Source: Limisphaerales bacterium (GTDB lineage: Bacteria > Verrucomicrobiota > Verrucomicrobiia > Limisphaerales > JAJOIW01). From it: a stretch of 11,280 nucleotides of DNA. Shown here piece after piece: positions 8,323 through 11,280 of this stretch. The DNA is taken from NCBI GenBank assembly GCA_965657355.1, contig CBFHOE010000020.1:1-11280 (forward strand), given 5' to 3'. Both the position numbers and the translations under genes were made by a program. Positions within the stretch are counted from its first letter, which is position 1. Each line of letters opens with the position of its first letter. The notes under the pieces were generated by a model. The model worked only from the letters and a program-made list of their open reading frames with translations. It was not told the DNA's origin and did not search any database.

Positions 8323-8386
8323 GTGAGATGGTTTTCCCTACCATCAAAGGGTTGGACGCACAACTTACTCGACAAATCAACCCAAA

Positions 8387-8445
8387 GTGTCTTGCCGAAG
8401 CTATTGCTAAGGTGATTGATATGTTGGCTTAGGTCAACGAAACAC
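8387..8445 (+). ncRNA. Type III hammerhead ribozyme A, variant core (U3-A8, U9); predicted cleavage after C8391
   Basis: Stem III GTGT/ACAC; GUC site; stem I TTGCC/GGTGA with inner AGC-tatt-GCT; core TTGATAT (8416-8422); stem II GTTGGC-ttag-GTCAAC; GAAA (8439-8442). Confidence 0.6.
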
Positions 8446-8471
8446 ACAACATGAGAAAGGTTAAAAAACTC

Positions 8472-9053
8472 ATGACAGAACAAGAAACAGCCATACTCGC
8501 AGGGCTTGCAGCGAGTGGCAACCAAGCACTCCTAGAATTTTACGCAAAAGAATTCAAAGAAGGGAAGTCAAAGCGGCGCTCAGCGGCAAAGGGAGATGTT
8601 ACCACTGTTGTAATAACAGCTCCCGTCCATGGGAACCTCTACTTTGGTAGCACCCATGTTGAGGGCGGACAGACGGCCAAGAAGAGCAAAAAGCCAGGAG
8701 AACAGAGTAGTCAGGGAACGCCTGATCCTGTTTCTCCACCACCTGCGCCACCGCCTATGCCGACACCACCACCTCCTGCGCCTTCTGCGTCGCCTGCGGA
8801 TCCCACGCCTCCTCCTGCATCACCTCAAGAGGTTGATGAAGCAGATGGTGTAGATGATCCGTCAACGACAGAGGTAGAAACCCCAACTTCAGCCCCAACA
8901 AGTAATTGGGGTACTGGCGGTTGGGGCAGTCAGCCAGAGCCCACCCCAACTCCATCAAGTAGGTGGGGTTCACCTCCAGAAGAGAGGCGAGAGTCTGCAC
9001 CAACTGCCCCACCACCAGGGCAGAGTGACATTGACCTCGACCTCGGCTTCTGA
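8472..9053 (+). CDS. Hypothetical Pro-rich, largely disordered protein with an SSB-like acidic C-terminal tip (193 aa; ORF track start 8451)
   Basis: GAAAGGT SD precedes ATG 8472, whereas ATG 8451 has no SD. Poly-Pro tract; C-terminus ...GGWGSQP...SAPTAPPPGQSDIDLDLGF. Confidence 0.7.
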   Translation: MTEQETAILAGLAASGNQALLEFYAKEFKEGKSKRRSAAKGDVTTVVITAPVHGNLYFGSTHVEGGQTAKKSKKPGEQSSQGTPDPVSPPPAPPPMPTPPPPAPSASPADPTPPPASPQEVDEADGVDDPSTTEVETPTSAPTSNWGTGGWGSQPEPTPTPSSRWGSPPEERRESAPTAPPPGQSDIDLDLGF

Positions 9054-9059
9054 TCGCTT

Positions 9060-9240
9060 AACCTAGCTATGGTTTCAATAACTGTCTATAGCTAGGTTCG
9101 TAAAGTTTACAGTTATCAACATTCTTGCCGCTTGTATTGTCTTCTAACACTCCGCCAACAAGTTGACTCCGCCACGGCGGAGTGGGACTGCAAGCAGTCC
9201 TGCGAGCAAGCTCGCTTCCCCTCTGTGTGAGACAAGGTGA
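9060..9240 (+). other. Structured intergenic element (cluster of stable hairpins)
   Basis: 11-bp perfect stem AACCTAGCTAT/ATAGCTAGGTT (9060-9098), then three abutting hairpins at 9166-9183, 9185-9200 and 9202-9215. Confidence 0.55.
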
Positions 9241-9360
9241 AAATTTTTTTATTTTCTATTTCCTGTTCTAGTTTTCAGGATCTAGTTAGGAAAAATGAGT
9301 AGCCATAAATGTTCTTGAAGAAACTTGTTTAACCCATTGCAGCTAACCGGGAGGTATTCT

Positions 9361-10032
9361 ATGCTGTTCGTACCAAGTGACATTGATGGAATCAACCAGA
9401 CTTTGGAGCAGCTTGCTGAGAAGCGCCGAGCGCGCACGACTGCTAATCGTCTCATGAACCTGTTCAATACTAGTGGAGTAACATCCACTAAGTACCAGGG
9501 GAAGGACGGGCGTGGGGTTCTCTTGGAGAGCCTTGAGCAGCTTGAGACCCTGAAAGAGGTTCTGGGTAGTGCCTTAAGCACCCCGGACCAACTGACGGTT
9601 GTGGTCAACCTCCGCGCGAAAGCGTGGGAGGCTCTTCAGGAGAAGGGACGCATGTCCCCGATCGCCCTCCAAAACGAGGAAGACGCCCGTGAGGCACTTA
9701 TTGCCCGCAAGCTAAGACTCGAGTATGAGGCTAAAGCCCAAGCTCAAGCTCAGCAAATGCAAGCCGAGCAAGAGTACCTCGCTGCGAACCCGCATGAGCG
9801 CCCAGTACCACCACGTCGCAAGCCAAAGTGGTATATGGAGGACAAGGACGGAAACGTGGTCGATCTTGATCGCGACGCGCTTAAGGCAGACACTTATGTT
9901 TGTGCAGCCGGAAGCGAAGATTGGGTTACGGCGGAAGAAGCAGGTCTCGTAGAGCCAAAGCCAAAGCCACGCAAGCCAAAGCGTAAAGCTAAAACTAACG
10001 CAGAGGCACCAGCAGAAGAGAGCGCTGATTGA
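9361..10032 (+). CDS. Hypothetical protein with coiled coil and C-terminal GYF_2 (DUF4339)-like segment (223 aa; ORF track start 9325)
   Basis: Strong SD GGGAGGT (9349-9355) 5 nt before ATG 9361. KWYMEDKDG...ADTYVCAAGSEDWVTAEEAGL resembles the GYF_2 pattern WY....G...dtlVW..G..dW..a..v..l, but lacks the central GP-helix part. Confidence 0.7.
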   Translation: MLFVPSDIDGINQTLEQLAEKRRARTTANRLMNLFNTSGVTSTKYQGKDGRGVLLESLEQLETLKEVLGSALSTPDQLTVVVNLRAKAWEALQEKGRMSPIALQNEEDAREALIARKLRLEYEAKAQAQAQQMQAEQEYLAANPHERPVPPRRKPKWYMEDKDGNVVDLDRDALKADTYVCAAGSEDWVTAEEAGLVEPKPKPRKPKRKAKTNAEAPAEESAD

Positions 10033-10431
10033 TTCCTGAAACACACTACGGGTGACAGACGTGGTGTGTTTCAAACTCGTTAGCCGAAAGGTGTGACGAG
10101 ACGAGACGTAGTGTCTCAAGCCTAACTCCCCTTGGCTTAAAAATGGGGCGGTTTTCTTTTTCCAATCGGAACGAAAGGAAGATGACTACATGGGTGATCG
10201 ATACTATGTAGACAGCCGTGGGGTTGTGCACGCACGAAACCCCAAGACCAACCGCTAAGTTGGCCGCAGCTATGCGTAAATAGTGGGTAGCTATACCCCT
10301 GAAATAGTCGGAGAGATGATATCTTCGTTAGTTACTTAAGTAATAGATAAATCTGATTTAAAGTTTATAAGTAAACTCGATCTTAATTGATATGGACAGA
10401 CGGAATGTCGCTAGTCAGATCAACTTAAGTG

Positions 10432-10565
10432 GTGTGTCCCGCTGAAGCTCTTTGGAGTGAACGTGGCTGACGAGTCTAAGAAAGTAGATTACATGAACTT
10501 GTAGTTGTTGATATTCTTAGCACTATCTCTTATTAGATGGTGTCCTTTCGAGGAACGAAACACAC
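10432..10565 (+). ncRNA. Type III hammerhead ribozyme B, canonical core, four-way-junction stem II; predicted cleavage after C10438
   Basis: Stem III GTGTGT/ACACAC (6 bp); GUC site; stem I CCGC/GTGG; core CTGACGA (10467-10473); G10.1-C11.1 pair (10474/10556); GAAA (10557-10560). Confidence 0.85.
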
Positions 10566-11097
10566 GTCAGTAGGCTTACCTCGTTGCCTAGCTTCTTATC
10601 ATCACAACGCCTTAGAGTTGTGTAGGAAGTGAAACCGAGGAGCGCAAGCTGCTAATAACAGTTTGTTGCTTTCTTTCTCTCTTCGGAGGGTGAGGACACT
10701 TGTACGTCCAAGAGGCAAAAGGTACAAGTTGCTAGAAGCACTAAGGATAGGCTTCGCTCGAGATATGACGGTCTCGGAATGCGTAAAAAAAAAAAACCAA
10801 GCCGCTGCAGGGCGTCAAATACCTGTAGTTTCTCAATTGCATTCTGTTTAGTGCAATTGGGAGGTAGGCAACCCCCCACGCTAGCTGACCAGATAAGCTA
10901 GTTTCGAGTTCCTATGCTCGGATGCAAAGGAGTTAATAGGTGCCATGTTTAGGATCGAGGACATGGCAAATTCTCTTGGGAGAGCAGAAGAGCGATCTTA
11001 CGGTGTGCGCACACCAATCTGCTATAAGGCCCAGAGAACGAGGAAGCTGTAGTTATGAGTAAAATCATAATGAAGGACCTCGATAAAAAATGTTAGG

Positions 11098-11160
11098 GTG
11101 TAGTCCTGAAGCTCTTCGGAGTGAACGGACCCGATGTGTCGCTTTAGGGCGACGAAACAC
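11098..11160 (+). ncRNA. Type III hammerhead ribozyme C, variant core (C4, U9); predicted cleavage after A11102
   Basis: Stem III GTGT/ACAC; GUA site; stem I GTCC/GGAC with the same TGAAGCTC-nnnn-GAGTGAAC insert as hammerhead B; core CCGATGT (11131-11137); stem II GTCGCT-ttag-GGCGAC; GAAA (11154-11157). Confidence 0.65.
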
Positions 11161-11280
11161 ATTGTGAGGCAGCTATGCCAGCGTTGATTGAGTACCCTAG
11201 TGTGCTCATAGCTATAATAGTCAAAAATTTGCACCCCCGAGGAGGATAATTCCAAGGGATAACAAGACTCAACCTAAGAG

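Larger units (their letters stand above)
10033..11280 (+). ncRNA. Large, densely structured non-coding region of unrecognised class, containing hammerheads B and C
   Basis: No credible CDS over about 1.25 kb. Near-continuous hairpins with G.U pairs consistent with a + strand RNA (10037-10073, 10076-10100, 10103-10117, CTACATGG/CTATGTAG, TGGGGTT/AACCCCA, ATCTGATT/AGTCAGAT, CAATTGCA/TGCAATTG, TGCCATGT/ACATGGCA). UUCG and GAAA/GCAA tetraloops present. Confidence 0.7.

Noticed and set aside
10025..10073. Possible fourth hammerhead (CTGATTGA-ttcct-GAAA-CACAC...GTGTGTT)
   Set aside because: No stem II or stem I can form and the core has an extra base; kept only as a hairpin finding.
10219..10244. 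TGGGGTT-GTGC-ac-GCAC-GAAACCCCA, resembling hammerhead stems II/III
   Set aside because: Lacks stem I and the CUGAnGA strand; better explained as a bulged hairpin.
10046..11255. Short ORFs 10046..10231, 10652..10879, 10663..10851 and 11022..11255
   Set aside because: Short, with no convincing SD and atypical composition; they overlap strongly base-paired RNA, a hammerhead or the A12 tract.
10033..11280. tRNA, rRNA, tmRNA, or group I/II intron
   Set aside because: I found no cloverleaf with a TTC-type T-loop, no conserved rRNA segments, no clear group I P7 or group II domain V, and no interrupted CDS. A covariance search is still needed to exclude these.

Overview
Probably a large phage or other mobile-element genome segment; all credible genes are on the + strand. 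It opens with the AT-rich tail of an upstream gene (1-174). Two hypothetical genes follow, each trailed by a duplicated terminator/putative promoter cassette. Next is a 2178-aa protein carrying, in the right order, the motifs of single-chain two-barrel RNA polymerases (YonO / QDE-1-type RNAi RdRP / crAss-like virion RNAP superfamily; catalytic DNDGD), with a ComEA-like helix-hairpin-helix insertion. Downstream are a Pro-rich protein with an SSB-like acidic tail, a protein with a GYF_2-like C-terminus, and about 1.25 kb of densely structured non-coding sequence. Three related type III hammerhead ribozyme folds lie at 8387-8445, 10432-10565 and 11098-11160: one has a canonical core and two have variant cores. 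They would cut the downstream transcript into defined 2047-nt and 664-nt RNAs. The main candidate novel system is this RdRP-like/YonO-like polymerase next to hammerhead-delimited structured RNAs. All assignments are by-eye motif and pairing analysis; no searches were run.
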